Shown: positions 44,800 through 54,634 of the stretch, in pieces | How the letters are laid out: each line of letters opens with the position of its first letter | Numbering within the stretch: position 1 is the first letter of the stretch | Origin: Candidatus Dormiibacterota bacterium | GTDB taxonomy: Bacteria; Chloroflexota; Dormibacteria; Aeolococcales; Bog-877 | Length of the DNA: 64,000 nt | Reading direction: 5' to 3' | Assembly: GCA_027306595.1 (NCBI GenBank) | Contig: DAHUZI010000040.1 | Span: 1,093 to 65,092, forward strand | Notes under the pieces: generated by a model | The model's database searches: none | The model's input: only the letters and a program-made list of their open reading frames with translations | Told to the model about the DNA's origin: nothing | Translations under genes and position numbers: made by a program

Positions 44800-46137
44800 C
44801 TATGCCCAGGCCTCTGTCGCGAACTCCTCAAAGTTGGCAACGAGACGCTGCACGTCGGCCGAGGTATGCTGCACGCTCAACAGCCAAGACTTTGCCCCAG
44901 GAGGAAGCAGTACTCCTCTATTCGCCTGGACGAGCCAGTGGCAGTGACTAGCCAAGGGGTCAGCGCTCAAGAAATCCGCGAAGTTGCGTATCTCCAGCGC
45001 CGAGAGCGTCATACTCCCCTTGGCTCCGATCGCCACCACCTGTCCTGGAAGCTGGTAACGAGACATCACTGCACCGATTCCGCGGACCATTTCGTCCCGC
45101 AACCTCCCCAGGTGTTCATAGGCATCGATCCCGAGAGTTTTACAAGTCACCTGTGCCGCAGCCATCGTCAGTGGGTTCCCGTTGAACGTTCCGACCTGCT
45201 GGTAACGACCGGTCGCAACCATTCCCATGATCGCTTCAGATCCGCCTACGGCACCAGAAGGCAGCCCTGCCCCCAGAGCCTTCCCAAGGCAAATCAAGTC
45301 TGGCGACACACTGAATGTCCCGGAAGCCCCGCCCAAGCCGAGCGTGAATCCACTCTTCACCTCATCGAAGGTGACGAGAGCACCCTCGGCGTGACACATG
45401 TCCACTAGATCTGCCAGGTACTGACGTTGGGGAAGTATTACGCCCGCGTTGAGCATGACTGGCTCGATAATCATGCCGGCCACCGACCCACGACACTCGA
45501 ACAGAACGCGCTCGAGTGCGCCGAGGTCGTTGAAGGACACGATTCTAGTGAGCCCGGACATGGCGCCTGGGATTCCGGTCTCTTGTACCTCCCCGTCGAT
45601 CGCCACCATGACCGAGTCGTGATGGCCGTGGTAGGCTCCTTCAAGCTTGATGATCACCGAGCGACCTGTATAAGCTCGCATCAGATGGACAGCGTCCATG
45701 GTCGCCTCAGTGCCGGAATTGCTGAAGCGCCAAAGTGGCATACGGAATCGGTCCGTGAGCGCCTCGGCGACCTCAACAGCCTCAGTAGTGGGCTGGGCAA
45801 AGAAGGAACTTCTCCCGATGCGTTCCCTCACGGCCGCCACTACCGCGGGATGGGCGTGGCCGAGCACCATCACGTCCCTTCCGTGCAGATCGACATACTC
45901 ATTGGAGTCGACGTCCCAGACGCGCGATCCCTGGCCGTCGGTGACCCAAAGGGTCAGGGGTTGGGTCATTTGCCAGTTCGAGTTTGCACCTCCTGCGAGT
46001 ACCCGTTGAGCCCGCGCCGACAACGCAAGCGAGTGCGGGGCGCGCCGATGGAGAGTCCGCTCCTCCTGAGCAACCACATTCGCGAGCCGAATCTGATCCC
46101 ATGGCGACGGAAAGGCCGTTCGGGACTCAGCCTTCAT
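44800..46137 (-). CDS. class-III (HemL/GSA-aminomutase-like) PLP-dependent aminotransferase
   Basis: VWDVDSNEYVDLHG..., FSNSGTEATMDAVHLMRAYTGR, IIEPVM, FDEVKSGF (PLP Lys). G+C is visibly lower than the backbone. Confidence 0.85.
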   Translation of the reverse strand: MKAESRTAFPSPWDQIRLANVVAQEERTLHRRAPHSLALSARAQRVLAGGANSNWQMTQPLTLWVTDGQGSRVWDVDSNEYVDLHGRDVMVLGHAHPAVVAAVRERIGRSSFFAQPTTEAVEVAEALTDRFRMPLWRFSNSGTEATMDAVHLMRAYTGRSVIIKLEGAYHGHHDSVMVAIDGEVQETGIPGAMSGLTRIVSFNDLGALERVLFECRGSVAGMIIEPVMLNAGVILPQRQYLADLVDMCHAEGALVTFDEVKSGFTLGLGGASGTFSVSPDLICLGKALGAGLPSGAVGGSEAIMGMVATGRYQQVGTFNGNPLTMAAAQVTCKTLGIDAYEHLGRLRDEMVRGIGAVMSRYQLPGQVVAIGAKGSMTLSALEIRNFADFLSADPLASHCHWLVQANRGVLLPPGAKSWLLSVQHTSADVQRLVANFEEFATEAWA

Positions 46138-46263
46138 TCGAAGGCCCTATCCACCAAGGATCGTGCCGTCGACTCCCGGAGGAGAGGCTGGCGCCCGCAG
46201 GCAAGGATGCGCGACTATTGGTGGATTGGACCAGGGAGCTCTCGGACACGGAGTCCCTCATCC

Positions 46264-48105
46264 TCATTTGCTCCAGTGGTAGTCGTTCGGGTATAGCGTG
46301 TGCAGAGAGTTGAGTGGCAGCACACCCTGCAGGTTCCGCTTGTACGCCACGATTCGTAGCACCGGCATGGGCAGAAAGATGATAGGGACTTCCTTCGCCA
46401 TGTAATTCTCGTAGGCGAAAAGAGCTGACGGGCTCGAGTCAGTGTGCGTTCGTGCAATGACTGCCTGGCTCTGCTGACTGCACCAGTTCTCGACGTTGCC
46501 GATTCCGCCGCATCCGAAGGCTTCGCCACCAGTCGGCCACCAGTCTGGATTGCCGTCAGACCAGTACTCAATGCCGTAGCTCAGGTCCCAGCTGCAGGTT
46601 GGCTTGTTGGTGCAATCAGCCTGTGTTCCCTGGTACGTTGCCCCGTTGAGGATATGAAAGGAAAGATGGATACCAGCCAGCGAGAAGTTGGATTGCATGA
46701 GGTCGTTGATTCCCACGTCTAACTGCGTCTCAGTGTCCGTCAGGTAGCGCAAGTCGAGTTGAGCGCCACGCGCAATGCCGTTCCCACATTGGTGGGGGCC
46801 AAGGCCAGGTGCGGTGCATGTTGTAATTCCATTGGGGACCACGTGCCAGCCGTGGTTCGCCAACGCTTTCTTCGCCTTCGCGACATTGTATGGATATGGG
46901 TTGTGACGCTCAAAGGCGGTCACGAGCGGGTTGTTCCCGCCCGGATCAGCGACGGGACCGGATGCGTAGTATCCATACCCGTGTTCCAGCTTGTTGAGGA
47001 TGAGCTTCATTGGCATGAGCTCTGTCATTGCCTGCCGCACGTACAGTTGGTTCAGAATGGGGGTGGCAGCGTCGTGCCTTGCGAAGTTGAATAGTATGCC
47101 ACCCCATGTGTACTGTGGCCAAGGCGCAACGTTGTAGCCGCGGGCCTTGATAGACGGTATCGCGGCTATGTCATTTAGTGGCACGTAACCGATGTCGACG
47201 CGCCCGGCCTCGAGTGAATCGAACTCGGAAGCATCACTGGTGAACGAGAGCTCAATGAACTTCGAGATGCGCGGCTTTGGTGAACCGGAGAAGTTCCGAT
47301 TTGGGACGAACGTAGCGTAGGTGGTGGAAGGGTTGTAAGCGGAAATCTCCCAGGCGCCGTCCACGACCTTCCAGAGCCCACTTGTCGGATAAGTTGACAG
47401 GTTGCGATCTTGTCCTTCGAGGTACCGATATACTGCCCGCGCACCAGCTGTGGTGAGGTCGTAATTGCCGACGGGTTGGCTGGCTGACTCTCTGTCCCAA
47501 GCATGCTGAGGAATCGGGAAGATTTGGGGCAACTCGTTTCCGAGAAGCCAGACGGTACTGTAGTGTGCGTCGAACGTGATGCGAAACGTGCGTGAGGAAA
47601 GGTAGGCGATGTGGGTGACATTGTCGGGGAAGTAACCGGGAACATAGGGAGCCCAGTCCACTTTGTTGGCGATGACAAGGTTCATCCAAAATTGGACGTC
47701 GCGCGTGGTTAGAGGTTTGCCGTCCGACCAGCGCCAGGGCTTTAAGGTGATTGTCGCCACGGTGTGTCCTGCCGCGGTGGTCGTGAAGACCGGAGGATTC
47801 GCAAGGCTGAGCTTCGAGTTGAAGACAGGCTGAGAGCCCTTACCCCATACGTACAATGGGGCCCAACTCAGGTAGGAGAACCACTGCTCGTTGGCGAAGA
47901 ACCACTGAGGGCCGTTGTAGAGTGGAAATAGGGATATCGGCCCCGATCCCGGCAGCTCTGCAAAGGACACAGCTCGCTGCAAGCGCGGACCAGTGTTTGC
48001 CGCCTCGGCGCCGCCGAGAATGGTCGCGAGCGTCGAAATGACGACCGCCAGCCCCGCTATCCACGCGAGGTGTCGGTAGGTTCGGCGTTGCCACGATCGC
48101 AGCAC
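46264..48105 (-). CDS. ABC-transporter substrate-binding protein, family 5 (peptide/nickel/opine type); no permease or ATPase genes adjacent
   Basis: Signal/TM RHLAWIAGLAVVISTLATILGG, then ~580 aa with family-5 SBP features (WSDGKPLTTRDVQFW, FVPNRNF). The ORF track starts at 48201. I prefer GTG 48105, preceded by GGGGGGAAG. Confidence 0.75.
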   Translation of the reverse strand: MLRSWQRRTYRHLAWIAGLAVVISTLATILGGAEAANTGPRLQRAVSFAELPGSGPISLFPLYNGPQWFFANEQWFSYLSWAPLYVWGKGSQPVFNSKLSLANPPVFTTTAAGHTVATITLKPWRWSDGKPLTTRDVQFWMNLVIANKVDWAPYVPGYFPDNVTHIAYLSSRTFRITFDAHYSTVWLLGNELPQIFPIPQHAWDRESASQPVGNYDLTTAGARAVYRYLEGQDRNLSTYPTSGLWKVVDGAWEISAYNPSTTYATFVPNRNFSGSPKPRISKFIELSFTSDASEFDSLEAGRVDIGYVPLNDIAAIPSIKARGYNVAPWPQYTWGGILFNFARHDAATPILNQLYVRQAMTELMPMKLILNKLEHGYGYYASGPVADPGGNNPLVTAFERHNPYPYNVAKAKKALANHGWHVVPNGITTCTAPGLGPHQCGNGIARGAQLDLRYLTDTETQLDVGINDLMQSNFSLAGIHLSFHILNGATYQGTQADCTNKPTCSWDLSYGIEYWSDGNPDWWPTGGEAFGCGGIGNVENWCSQQSQAVIARTHTDSSPSALFAYENYMAKEVPIIFLPMPVLRIVAYKRNLQGVLPLNSLHTLYPNDYHWSK

Positions 48106-48396
48106 TGGGACTTCCCCCCTACTCAAACGGCCTGGGCCTGCGTGCAGACGTTGACGATTGGTTGCGGTCGCACGACTCTCTGAGCGGGCAAGGCGACACA
48201 TGCCGTCCGGTCCGATAGCGTCGGGTGGCCGCGATTGGTTGGTCTGTGATGCTAGCCGGCGCGAGGATGTCGGTCAACCGTGTGCAAACCGGGGAAGCGC
48301 GGGGGAGGGACGGCGGCCGATATATCGTTTGTCGTTGAAAGTCTGTCACGCCCGGCGGGCCTGTTGGAGAGCCTTCTCGAGTATCCCTCTCAACCC

Positions 48397-48425
48397 TTGA
48401 CAAGCGAACCTGCGTTCGATATGGT
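48397..48425 (+). promoter_or_regulatory. consensus promoter with a perfect LexA box in the spacer
   Basis: TTGACA (48397-48402), 17 nt, TATGGT (48420-48425). The spacer carries CGAACctgcGTTCG (48405-48418). A degenerate second site, CGAACgtctGTGCG, lies at 48435-48448. Confidence 0.8.
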
Positions 48426-48515
48426 GGTCGAGATCGAACGTCTGTGCGCGCTGGAGGTCATGGTGTGGACGCGGCGGGCAGATCAACTCGAGCCCAAAGA
48501 GATCTCCTGGCGTGC

Positions 48516-48812
48516 ATGACCCGGGTCCGGCGACGGGCTCCGAGTCGGTGGCGGACCCAGCGGCGCCTCGCTCGGCGCGGGGCTGTCTTGGCTTTGGTCA
48601 TCTGCGGTTTGCTCATGCCGGTAGCTTGGGGAGCCCCGGCGGGCAATGTGGGGACTGTCACGGTTCGACGCGGCGAGACCCTTTGGTCGATCGCCGTTGC
48701 CCGCTATCCAGGTCGCGATCCACGCGTCGTCATTCCGGCCATCGAACGGGCCAATGGGCTCGACGGCGCGGTGATCCAGCCAGGCGTCCAGCTCGCACTG
48801 CCGGCCGTCTAG
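48516..48812 (+). CDS. small single-pass membrane protein with C-terminal LysM domain (YneA/ChiZ-like architecture)
   Basis: Arg-rich N-terminus, TM AVLALVICGLLMPVAWGA, LysM VTVRRGETLWSIAVARYPGRDPRVVIPAIERANGLDGAVIQPGVQLALP. Alternative start GTG 48444. Confidence 0.75.
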   Translation: MTRVRRRAPSRWRTQRRLARRGAVLALVICGLLMPVAWGAPAGNVGTVTVRRGETLWSIAVARYPGRDPRVVIPAIERANGLDGAVIQPGVQLALPAV

Positions 48813-48995
48813 CGAGATCGCACGCGGGTTGCTCGCGCGCGCCCGGGGGGACTGTGGGCTACGTGGCGCCGGCCTGCACGACGATGGTGCGCCCACTGCC
48901 CGTCTGCCTCTGACGCGCCACGGGGTAGCGGTGCGTGGGGGGTACCGAGTAGGCTCCGAGCCCACGGACAGCCCCTCCTTCAACAGGACGATGAG

Positions 48996-50327
48996 ATGAC
49001 GCTCGAGCAGTCGGCCGTTCAGATGATCGCCAATGCCCAGGTCGGGCAGCGTCTTCCAGGGGTCAGCGCTACGATCGCGGGCCCCGAGGGTGTGCTGTGG
49101 GAGGGGGCGAGTGGATTTGCGGACATTGCCAGTGGCCAGCCCGCGTCCCCCGCCACGCGGTACCGGGTCGGGTCCGTCACGAAGACGTTCACTGCGGTCG
49201 CCATTCTTCGGCTGCGGGACGCGGGCCGGCTGCGTTTGGAGGATCCGGTCTCGGTCTACGTCGCGGAAGCCGCAAGCTCGCAGGTCACCCTCCGAGATCT
49301 GCTCGCCCACGCGTCCGGTCTTCAGCGGGAACCGCCGGGCCGGGTGTGGGAGCAGCCCCGAATGCCTGCGATCGACGAATTCCTCGCCACGGTGGGCGAT
49401 GCGGAGGCGGTGCTGGAGCCATGCGAGTATTGGCACTACTCAAACCTTGGGTTCGTTCTCCTCGGGGAGGTGGTGACGCGGGTCGCCGGGAGGCCGTACG
49501 GAGAGGTGGTGGAGGAGGAGATCCTCCGTCCGCTCGGCCTCACCCAGACGGGTTGGGCGGCGAACGGGCCGACCGCAACCGGCTACCTTGTCGACCCTGA
49601 TACCGACTCGGTGGCGGTGGAACCCGTCCTCGACCTGGAGGGGCTGGCGGCGGCGGGCCAGCTCTGGAGCACGACCGGGGATCTCTGCCGGTGGGGGCTG
49701 TTCCTCCTCGACCCCAACCCGCAGGTGTTGCGCGCAAGCACGGCCGCCGAGATGCGCCGGCTTCGGATCATGAGCGATCCCAACCGCTGGACCGTCGGAT
49801 GGGGCCTGGGGTTGGCGCTCTGGCGCCGCGGCGAGCGCTTCTACTTCGGCCACCTTGGCGGGATGCCAGGCCATCGGGCGGCCCTTGTCGTGTCCCCGAG
49901 CGGGAGGCGGGCGGGGGCGGTCCTGGTCAACTGCACCGCCGGCGGCGACATCGAGGCGATGGGGCTGGGGCTCTGCGAGCTCGCGGTGAGCTCCGCCCCC
50001 GCGCTCCCAGCGCCCTGGGTGCCGTCTGGCCCCCTCCCCACCGAGGTCGCCGGCATCGTGGGTCCGTGGTGGAGCGAGGGGGTTGAGCACCGCTTCCGAT
50101 ACCGGGCAGGGGCGCTGGAAGCGCGGGTCCCCGATCAGCGGGACGCCGAGCCGTCCGTCTTCACCCAGCTCGGCCCCGACCGGTGGCGCACCATCTCGGG
50201 ACCGGAGCGGGGTGAGCTCCTCGAGGTGACGCGCGACGCCAGCGGTGCGGTGCGCCATCTCCACTGGGCGACGTACCGCTTCGACCGCGAGCCACGGCCC
50301 TTCGGCGCGGGCGCCGAGGGAGACTGA
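48996..50327 (+). CDS. serine hydrolase, beta-lactamase class C / PBP4*-esterase family
   Basis: SxxK (GSVTKTFTA), YxN (HYSNLGF), HLGG third motif. Confidence 0.85.
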   Translation: MTLEQSAVQMIANAQVGQRLPGVSATIAGPEGVLWEGASGFADIASGQPASPATRYRVGSVTKTFTAVAILRLRDAGRLRLEDPVSVYVAEAASSQVTLRDLLAHASGLQREPPGRVWEQPRMPAIDEFLATVGDAEAVLEPCEYWHYSNLGFVLLGEVVTRVAGRPYGEVVEEEILRPLGLTQTGWAANGPTATGYLVDPDTDSVAVEPVLDLEGLAAAGQLWSTTGDLCRWGLFLLDPNPQVLRASTAAEMRRLRIMSDPNRWTVGWGLGLALWRRGERFYFGHLGGMPGHRAALVVSPSGRRAGAVLVNCTAGGDIEAMGLGLCELAVSSAPALPAPWVPSGPLPTEVAGIVGPWWSEGVEHRFRYRAGALEARVPDQRDAEPSVFTQLGPDRWRTISGPERGELLEVTRDASGAVRHLHWATYRFDREPRPFGAGAEGD

Positions 50328-50346
50328 GGGGACCCAGCCGCCGCGC

Positions 50347-50838
50347 GTGGCGGGCGTGCTGGCCGTCCTCGCCGGCTATGCTTGGGAGGTTGTGGCCGAG
50401 CCGCGTCTTCGGGTGGCGGCCTGCCTTCTCGAACGCGACACCCTGCTGCTGGTCCGGCAGCGGAGCGCCGCCGGCGACCACTGGCTCCTGCCGGGCGGCG
50501 GCGTGGAGTGGGGCGAGACGCTGGTGGGCGCCCTTCGACGCGAGGTCCGCGAGGAGACCGGCCTGCTGATCGAGCCTGGCGGGCTGGCTCTGGTCTGTGA
50601 GTCGATCGCGCCCGACGGTGGCCGACACATCGTCCATCTCTGCTTCCGGGCCAACCTGGTCTCGGCGGACGCGGCGGCAGTGCGGGACCCTGCCGTGCGC
50701 GAGCTGCGGTGGTGGCCTCTCGAGGCCGTCGGCCGCGAGCCCCTCCACCCCCCGGTGGCCGAGGCGCTCCGCCGCGCCCTATCCGCCGGTGACCACGCCC
50801 CCGGCCCCCTCCTCTTCCTGGGGAACACCTGGCGCTGA
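50347..50838 (+). CDS. NUDIX hydrolase
   Basis: Nudix box [24 protein letters not shown]. Start GTG 50347 (alternative ~50392). The 3' end overlaps the glgB 3' end. Confidence 0.8.
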   Translation: MAGVLAVLAGYAWEVVAEPRLRVAACLLERDTLLLVRQRSAAGDHWLLPGGGVEWGETLVGALRREVREETGLLIEPGGLALVCESIAPDGGRHIVHLCFRANLVSADAAAVRDPAVRELRWWPLEAVGREPLHPPVAEALRRALSAGDHAPGPLLFLGNTWR

Positions 50839-53070
50839 CGCCCCCCCCTGACCCGGACCGGGGTCCGGGACCAGCCAGACCGTGGCCAAGGGGGGCAGGC
50901 TGAGGCGGGCCGACTGGGGCAGTCCGTGGCTGGCCACCGGCTCCGCCCTCACCTGGCCCAGGTTGCCCAGGTCACTGCCGCCGTAGTGGCGGCTGTCGGT
51001 GTTGAGCCGCTCGCGCCAGGCGCCGGCCGCGGGCAGGCCCAGGCGGTAGCCGTGGCGGGGGACGGGGGAGAAGTTGCCGACGCACACCAAAGGCGGGTCG
51101 CCGCGCTCGCCGAGGCGCATGAAGGCGATGACGTTGGCGTCCGCATCGCTGGCGTCGATCCAGCGGAAGCCGTCGGGCTCGTGATCCCGCGCCCACAGGC
51201 TGCGCAGCTCGCGGTAGGCACGGTTGAGGTCGTGGACCAGCGTCTGCACCCCGCGGTGCTGGGGACGGTCGAGCAGGTGCCAGTCGAGGCTGCGGCCGAC
51301 GTCCCACTCCCGCTCCTGGGCGAACTCCCCGCCCATGAAGAGGAGCTGCTTGCCGGGATGGGCCCACATGTAGGCGAGCAGCGCCCGTAGGGTGGCGAAC
51401 TGCTGCCAGCGGTCCCCTGGCATCTTGCCGAGGAGCGAGCGCTTGCCGTGGACCACCTCGTCATGGGAGAGGGGGAGGACGAAGTTCTCCGTCCAGGCGT
51501 AGAGCAGGCCGAAGGTGAGCTGGTTGTGGTGGAAGCGCCGGTGGACGGGATCGTGGCGGAAGTACTCGAGGGTGTCGTGCATCCACCCCATGTTCCACTT
51601 GTAGCCGAAACCGAGGCCGCCGAGGTGGGTCGGTCGGCTCACGCCCGGCCAGGCGGTGGACTCCTCGGCGATCATCAGCGCGCCGGGATGCTCGGCGTGG
51701 ACCGCGCCGTTCAGCTCTTGGAGAAAGGCGATGGCGTCGAGGTTCTCCCGACCCCCGTACCGGTTGGGCACCCACTGGCCCTCGCCCCGACTGTAGTCGA
51801 GGTACAGCATCGAGGCGACCGCATCGACGCGCAGCCCGTCGACGTGGAAGGCCTCGAACCAGAAGAGGGCGTTGGCGACGAGGAAGTTGCGCACCTCGTT
51901 GCGCCCGTAGTTAAAAATCAGCGTGCCCCAGTCGGGGTGGGTGCCCTGCCGGGGATCGGCGTGCTCATAGAGGGCGGTGCCATCGAACCGGGCGAGGGCG
52001 AAGTCATCGCGGGGGAAGTGGGCGGGCACCCAGTCCACGATGACCCCCAAGCCGCGGCGGTGGAGGTGGTCGACCAGGGCCCGGAAGTCGTCCGGCCCCC
52101 CGTAGCGGGCGGTGGGAGCGTAGTAGCCGGTCACCTGATAGCCCCAGGAGGCGGTGAGCGGGTGCTCGGCGACGGGCAGGAGCTCGACGTGGGTGAACCC
52201 CATCAACTCCACGTAGTCGGCGAGCGGCTCGGCGAGCTCGCGATAGGTGAGGGGGCGATCGCCCTCTTCGGGCCGTCGCCGCCACGATCCGAGATGGACT
52301 TCATAGACGCTGAGCGGCCGGCGGAGGAGCTCGCCCCGGGCCCGCGCCGCCAGCCAGTCCTGGTCGCCCCAGCCGGGGCCGTCGGGAGCGGCGGCGGAGC
52401 CATGGACGACGCTGGCGGTGCGCGGCGGTGCCTCGGTGGCAAACGCGAAGGGGTCGGCTTTCAGCCGCCATCCGCCAGACCGGGTGAGGATCGCGAACTT
52501 GTAGCGGGTGCCCCGCCCCACCCCGGGGACGAAGAGCTCGTAGGTGCCCGCCCCGCCGACGTTGCGCATCGGGTGCCCGCGGCCGTCCCAGCCGTTGAAG
52601 TCACCGACCACCCGCACCCCGCGGGCATTGGGGGCCCAGACGGTGAACGCGGTCCCCTCGACTCCGTCGACCGTCCGCGGGTGCGCGCCGAGGTGCTCGA
52701 ACAGGCGGCGATGTCGTCCCTCGCCGAAGAGGTGGAGATCGAGCGGCCCCAGCAGCGGTGCGAACCGGAACGGGTCCGCCAGGCGGTGCCAGCGGCCGTC
52801 GCACTCGACCTCCAGCTCGTCCCGAACCGCAGGGTTTTCGGGGGCGGGCCCGCAGTCGGCGGTGAACAGGCCGTCGTGCCCCTGCCGGCGGGCGGCGACG
52901 ACCAGCTCTCCGATGCGAACGCGCACGGCGCGGGCGGTGGGCTGGAGGGTGCGGACGACCAGCCGGCCGTTCTCGGTGTGGGGGCCCAAGACGCGGTGGG
53001 GATCGCCGTGGTCCCCGGCGACCAGCGAGGTGAGCTCTGCCGGCGCCGGACCGACCGTCACGAGCGCCAC
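50779..53070 (-). CDS. glgB: 1,4-alpha-glucan branching enzyme
   Basis: HRVLGPH..., [69 protein letters not shown]. The ORF-track frame stays open upstream to 53886, but GTG 53070 fits GlgB length. Confidence 0.93.
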   Translation of the reverse strand: MALVTVGPAPAELTSLVAGDHGDPHRVLGPHTENGRLVVRTLQPTARAVRVRIGELVVAARRQGHDGLFTADCGPAPENPAVRDELEVECDGRWHRLADPFRFAPLLGPLDLHLFGEGRHRRLFEHLGAHPRTVDGVEGTAFTVWAPNARGVRVVGDFNGWDGRGHPMRNVGGAGTYELFVPGVGRGTRYKFAILTRSGGWRLKADPFAFATEAPPRTASVVHGSAAAPDGPGWGDQDWLAARARGELLRRPLSVYEVHLGSWRRRPEEGDRPLTYRELAEPLADYVELMGFTHVELLPVAEHPLTASWGYQVTGYYAPTARYGGPDDFRALVDHLHRRGLGVIVDWVPAHFPRDDFALARFDGTALYEHADPRQGTHPDWGTLIFNYGRNEVRNFLVANALFWFEAFHVDGLRVDAVASMLYLDYSRGEGQWVPNRYGGRENLDAIAFLQELNGAVHAEHPGALMIAEESTAWPGVSRPTHLGGLGFGYKWNMGWMHDTLEYFRHDPVHRRFHHNQLTFGLLYAWTENFVLPLSHDEVVHGKRSLLGKMPGDRWQQFATLRALLAYMWAHPGKQLLFMGGEFAQEREWDVGRSLDWHLLDRPQHRGVQTLVHDLNRAYRELRSLWARDHEPDGFRWIDASDADANVIAFMRLGERGDPPLVCVGNFSPVPRHGYRLGLPAAGAWRERLNTDSRHYGGSDLGNLGQVRAEPVASHGLPQSARLSLPPLATVWLVPDPGPGQGGASAPGVPQEEEGAGGVVTGG

Positions 53071-53098
53071 CTCGTCGGTGGGGACCTCCAGGGGCGGC

Positions 53099-54634
53099 TC
53101 ACCTCGGCCCCTCGGCGGCGCCCCGCATGTGGGCGATGTCGGCGATGTCGGCGAGCGGGATCTCGACCCAGTCGGGCCGGTGGGCCAGCTCGTACGCGAC
53201 CTCGTAGAGCGCCTTGCTGAGCTGGAACGCGACCAGGCTGTCGGCGACGGTGGACGGGTCGTCGGGCAGGAACCCGGCACCGGCGGCGGTGCCGAGGTAG
53301 CCGCGCAGGAATCGCTGGCGATTGCGCTGAGCCCAGGTGCGCGCGTAGCGCACGAGGCTGGTCGAGCGGGGCTCATCGGGGCTGGCGTGCTGCCGGGTCG
53401 CCACCGCGGCGGCGTAGTCGAACGACCGCAGCGCGCCCGCGACGTCGACCAGGGGCGATCGCTTGCGGCGGCGCTCTTCGATCGGGCGCCCCGGCTCCCC
53501 CTCGAAGTCGAGCACGACCCAACCGTCGTCGACCCGCAGGAGCTGACCGAGGTGGAAGTCGCCGTGGACGCGAATCCGCCGTCCCTGGGCCGGCAGTTGG
53601 CGCAGGCGCGCGAACGCGAGGCGGATGGCGTCGGCCTGGGGCCGGAGCGCCTCCAGCTGCGGGTCCGGCCTGGCCAGGAGGCGTTCGAGCGACGCCTCCA
53701 TCTCGGCTGCCCAGCCATCGAGGTCTTCCGTCGTGACGGGGGCGGGGTCGAAGTCGGGGCCGACGGCCCGCGCCAGCACCCGGTGCATCTCCGCCGTGAG
53801 CGCGCCGAGACGCTGGGCGTCGATCTCGAACGATCCGCCCTGCGCGCTAACCGCCTCCTCGCACGCCTCCGGCATGGGCACCGCACCGTCGACCTCGAGG
53901 TGGATGTCGCCGAAGAGGTCGCGCAGCGAGGTGAGGGCGAGGCTGAAGCCGTCGGTCCCGTGCCGCAGGTACGTCTGGACCACGCCCAGCGACCACGGGC
54001 CCCCGGGAGCGTCGAGCTCGAGCGCGACCAGGGGCTTGGGGATTCGGTCGAAGCCGCCGGCGAGGAGGGCGGCCGTCAGCTCGACCTCGGGATTGGTCCC
54101 GGGCCACAGCCGACGGAAGACCTTGAGCAGGAGGCGCTCGTCATAGACCACTCCGCTGTTGCTGTGGTCGCCGGTCATCGGCGACGCGGAGGCCACGGGC
54201 TCGAGGGACTCGGCCCGGCCCAGGCGCCGACGGGCCACGGTGCCGCCCAGGGCGGCGATGCTCCCGTCCTCGTCCATCCAGGCGAGGAGGCGGGTGGCGA
54301 GCTCGGGGTCGACGAGCGCGTCGTACGCCTGCCAGTGGTCGGCGACGGTCTCGCCATCCTCCGGCTCCGCGAGCGCGGTGACCCCCGCAGGCAGCGCCTG
54401 GCCCCGGGGCCGGAACCCCAGCGGCAGGTGGTATCGCTGGGCCCCCCCGTCTTGGTCGTCGACCGCCCAGACGGTGAGCGCGAGGGCCGGGGCTACCTGT
54501 CCGATCCAGACCAGGGCGATGGGGTCAACCTGGCGGGGGCGGCGACCGCCGGCGAACCAGCGCTGATGGGGGAGGAGCTCGGCCAGGGCGGGCCCGAGCG
54601 GGCGCAGGGCGTCGAGATCCCGGGGCAGGTTCAC
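53099..54634 (-). CDS. mak: maltokinase (Pep2/Mak, aminoglycoside-phosphotransferase fold)
   Basis: [57 protein letters not shown] 54634 overlaps the treS stop (GTGA). Confidence 0.88.
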   Translation of the reverse strand: MNLPRDLDALRPLGPALAELLPHQRWFAGGRRPRQVDPIALVWIGQVAPALALTVWAVDDQDGGAQRYHLPLGFRPRGQALPAGVTALAEPEDGETVADHWQAYDALVDPELATRLLAWMDEDGSIAALGGTVARRRLGRAESLEPVASASPMTGDHSNSGVVYDERLLLKVFRRLWPGTNPEVELTAALLAGGFDRIPKPLVALELDAPGGPWSLGVVQTYLRHGTDGFSLALTSLRDLFGDIHLEVDGAVPMPEACEEAVSAQGGSFEIDAQRLGALTAEMHRVLARAVGPDFDPAPVTTEDLDGWAAEMEASLERLLARPDPQLEALRPQADAIRLAFARLRQLPAQGRRIRVHGDFHLGQLLRVDDGWVVLDFEGEPGRPIEERRRKRSPLVDVAGALRSFDYAAAVATRQHASPDEPRSTSLVRYARTWAQRNRQRFLRGYLGTAAGAGFLPDDPSTVADSLVAFQLSKALYEVAYELAHRPDWVEIPLADIADIAHMRGAAEGPR

